In this document: positions 60,901 through 64,000 of the stretch, in pieces
How positions within the stretch are numbered: the first letter of the stretch is position 1
Layout of the letters: every line of letters starts with the position of its first letter
Source: Bugula neritina
Taxonomy: Eukaryota; Animalia; Bryozoa
Assembly (NCBI GenBank): GCA_964035545.1
Contig: OZ037767.1
Location: forward strand, 4,542,707-4,606,706
Length of the DNA stretch: 64,000 bases
Direction of reading: 5' to 3'
Translations under genes and position numbers: made by a program
The notes under the pieces: generated by a model
Told to the model about the DNA's origin: nothing
The model's database searches: none
The model's input: the letters and a program-made list of their open reading frames with translations, nothing else

Positions 60901-63013
60901 CTCACTCAAGCATGTAATTCAGTCTATTTAGACTGAGATGCCAGAGTAAACAATTTCCAGATGCGTTTCTAAGGTCTAAGACAGCCAAAGATAGAGAGTT
61001 TATTAGTTCTAATCTATATAATATATATTAACATGACTCACTGTTTTAAAAGTTGCCTCCCTTGTCGGTATGTTGGGCCGGTGGTTGGGTTAGCTTGTGT
61101 ATTTTCTTCAAATTCATCTAAAATTTGAAAGAGACTGTAACAGAAACTATTATAATATCACATATGAAATGATGTTTTTAAAAAAACTCAATATTCTACC
61201 AAATTTATATTATAAACAGGTGACTGGTAGACTCATAGGTCATATGCTATGCACCTTCTGAGCTCTGCACGCCGTTATTTGCCGCAGACGTAGCTGCAGA
61301 TTGCTGCTGCTTGGTTTGCTCTACTCCATACTGTAACTTTTGATACTTTGCTCTTTCCTGCCGGAGGGCAAATTCTAACATCTTTATTCGTCTGACTAGA
61401 TCCTGCTTCAGATTTTCCTGTCCCTTTCTTTCACCTTGTAAAAAGGCAATTCGTGCCTAAAAATCCAAATTAAAAGCATCAAACCTTGACAATAAAGAAA
61501 TTCAGCCTAAAAATAGCATAAAAATAAATGAGCAACCAACTGGAAAACACTAGCTTCACATTCACACTGTCATCTTACTAATATTCCCATTTAAATTACA
61601 TAGGTACAATGTACATACATTTTATACACTGTGGTCTATTTTAGGACTCTAATTTCAGTAATCTGAGTGAATACACGTTAACATATTAATCTCTACACAT
61701 CAGTTTGAAATTTGAGACCATAGCATTTAATACTATTCTTCTTAGCCAGAAATAAAGAATGAATTTAACTTAAATTATTTTTTTAAAATTATACTTGATT
61801 ATTATACTTAATAAAAACAGTGTAAAACATATTCAGCATTAAACCAAAGTTATTTTTTATTTATATGGTCGAAATTGTCGAAATTAACAAAACCAAATTA
61901 ATCTACTGCAGTGCAATAATGCAACTGCAAAGTCACCAGCATCTAGCAGGGAAGCAGCTCAGTCATCATGTCACTCATCTTTTTATAAATAAATAAAATT
62001 TAAATGCAACACTGTAGCAAAGAGTGATTTGCTTAAAGAAAAAGATAAACTATAAACAATGAAGTATCACTTCAATTACTAGCAGGAAGTACTTATATAG
62101 CCTTAGCTTGGTTAGGATAAAAATACACCCCTGATGAATTGTATTGCCAAGTACCTTTTTAATCATTTAATGAGTAGCTGTGATTTAGAACTGCAAACTA
62201 CAAAATTTCAATCTATGATTTATTTTTATTTTTCAACTGAGAAAGCGCTTGAATGGTACTGATTTCTAGTTAACAAATCATCACCTATCAGTATTATCAC
62301 AACTTTGAGTTAGTATAATATTAATAGTTATTTCATTTTACTTAAAGTCAGACTCAATGTCACTGGGTATCACCATCACCATAACTATACTGATAGTATC
62401 AGTATGAGTAATCAATAATCATTGACTTTTACTTTGAGTGATTGACGTTTAGAATTAGTAGTGGTTGACTTTGCTAATGATAATGAATAGTAGTTTTAAA
62501 TGTCAATTTAAATTACTTCAAAATTTACTGCTATAAATAGATTCAAATTCATATTCAAACAAATGTTCAACTTGAACTTCATGCTGTACTTGTAGTTGTT
62601 CGATTTAAAATTTCTAAAAGTAAAAGTAAAACTAAAATGAAATGATATCTTATTATCTAGAAGTAAAAGTACAACTAGCACTTCAACTAATATAAGCTAT
62701 GGAAAATCTAGTACTCCACACATAATGATAGCAAACTTGATCTGCATTCGCAGTCTAATTTATACCATTATGATTATTGGTAATTTAACTTTAATTGTAT
62801 GGTTACCTGTAATTCTGCTTTTTCCACATCCCATTGAGCGCGTTCCATTTCAAACTTGGCCCATTCTGTTTGCAGAAAGTGAAGTATGCCAGGCATATTG
62901 TATTCCATACGAGCAGTGTGATCGTCAAAGTTTTGTTTGGAATTCATACCATAGCCAGAGTTTGGTCCCATTGAAGATCCTTGGTTAGAGCTTGGCCCCT
63001 CTTCAATCATCAT
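54958..63013 (-). CDS. STRN: Striatin family protein (STRN/STRN3/Cka; STRIPAK scaffold, WD40)
   Basis: About 15 exons from 63013-62807 to 55127-54958. N-terminal YNMPGILHFLQTEWAKFEMERAQWDVEKAELQARIAFLQGERKGQENLK, YLEEIGYTD, and WD40 repeats SHFDGVRAL, DVEPVYTFRAH, HRKKLDESVFDVAFHPSKPYIASAGAD. Confidence 0.96.
56759..56960. repeat. About 30-bp intronic minisatellite abutting a striatin acceptor
   Basis: GTAATACAATAATACGAGTATAGTAACGGT-like units start at the AG (56758-56759). Confidence 0.85.
58050..58227. repeat. Intronic minisatellite (TATGTACAACACACAG)n
   Basis: Visible tandem copies near the acceptor at 58020. Confidence 0.9.
59281..59395. repeat. GA-rich homopurine/homopyrimidine tract
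   Basis: About 115 bp almost purely purine on the plus strand, in a striatin intron. Confidence 0.9.
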
Positions 63014-64000
63014 TTTCGGAAGCAGGAGCCATTTGCAAATACACAATTAGTAGCGCCACCAATGGTTAACGGGCGTTTAAAAACAAGGAGTAGGCAACTC
63101 TGACTATTTAAGTATATCGAACATCGGCCCTTGTTGTGACGTGAATATTACAATGATCGTAATATAATTATAATGGAAAAATACAAATATAATAATTTAA
63201 AATCGGAGTTTTGCTCAATGATATTGCATTGCAACGTTACTTTTGCTTCACTTAATGAGTTAATGCAAATCATAGTTAAATTTCAACTGATAATATAGTT
63301 TGGCTATAGCCTGATGCTCAATTCAGTGTTAAAATAAACAGGTTTCAAAGCTGAACAATTTCTAAAATGTAAGCATCTGAGTTTTGAGCATAAACTAATT
63401 AAAATGATTCGCCAAAACTTAGGTGACAATATATTTGACAGCTGCATTTGAAGTTACGTTGTACCAAACAGCAATAATGTGAAATGAAATTTTAGACCGT
63501 TATGTATTGTTATTAGGAGCAGCTTAACTTTTTAGTGGTAGCTAAATAACACAGGCTATATAACTATGTAAAAATTAAATTATCCTATCCTTATGCAAGA
63601 ACAATTTTTATTAAAGTATAAAAAATATTTATACTATTTATACATATGACCAAGAATTGTCAATATCCAATGGTTATACTGATTGCGGTACATCAATAGC
63701 ATGTCTTCTCAAAGTAACCATGATTGTGCACTCTAGACAAGTTGTGTAAGCGGAGGTAGCACGCCTTCATGCAGTTTTATTATTTTTGTTGATGTTAATT
63801 TTTGTTTATAAATGGTTGGATTTTGACTGAAGATAAGCTAGAGAAAATTATACATAAGAAATGCGCCAAGGAAACTAAAAAGATATAACAAAGGTGCACA
63901 AACTTAAAATATTTATTACATAAGAAGTAAAGAAAAAAAGTGCTAATGAATTCACAACAATCAGATTTTCTCACAAGAATGTTAGTGGCTAATTAGCGTA

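Noticed and set aside
63048-63065. CTCF-like GGTGGCGCT upstream of striatin
   Set aside because: Only the core matches; too weak to call

Overview
Gene-dense, AT-rich animal genomic DNA with spliceosomal introns, probably from a lophotrochozoan invertebrate (inferred from the gene content). Left to right: the 5' part of a CatSper2-like channel (-, runs off the left edge), BBOF1/CCDC176 (-), SART1/Snu66 (+, head-to-head with BBOF1), a 16-coding-exon nuclear receptor with two tandem DNA-binding domains (P-boxes CLPCKS and CEGCKK; -), an intact and very young Ty3/Gypsy LTR retrotransposon just upstream of that receptor, CCDC32 (+), OPA3 (+) and striatin (-). The receptor locus is the richest part. 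Its two DBDs share intron positions, a candidate internal first exon would yield a one-zinc-finger isoform, a 3.6-kb foldback palindrome in its long intron has near-identical outer arms and diverged inner arms, and a sense-oriented LTR lies under 1 kb from its start exon. SART1 appears to lack the HIND motif, builds its RS domain from three duplicated 48-nt microexons, and has a GC-AG intron containing ten tandem AG|GT junctions. All exon structures were derived by hand from GT/AG boundaries, phase consistency and recalled protein similarity; no database searches were run.
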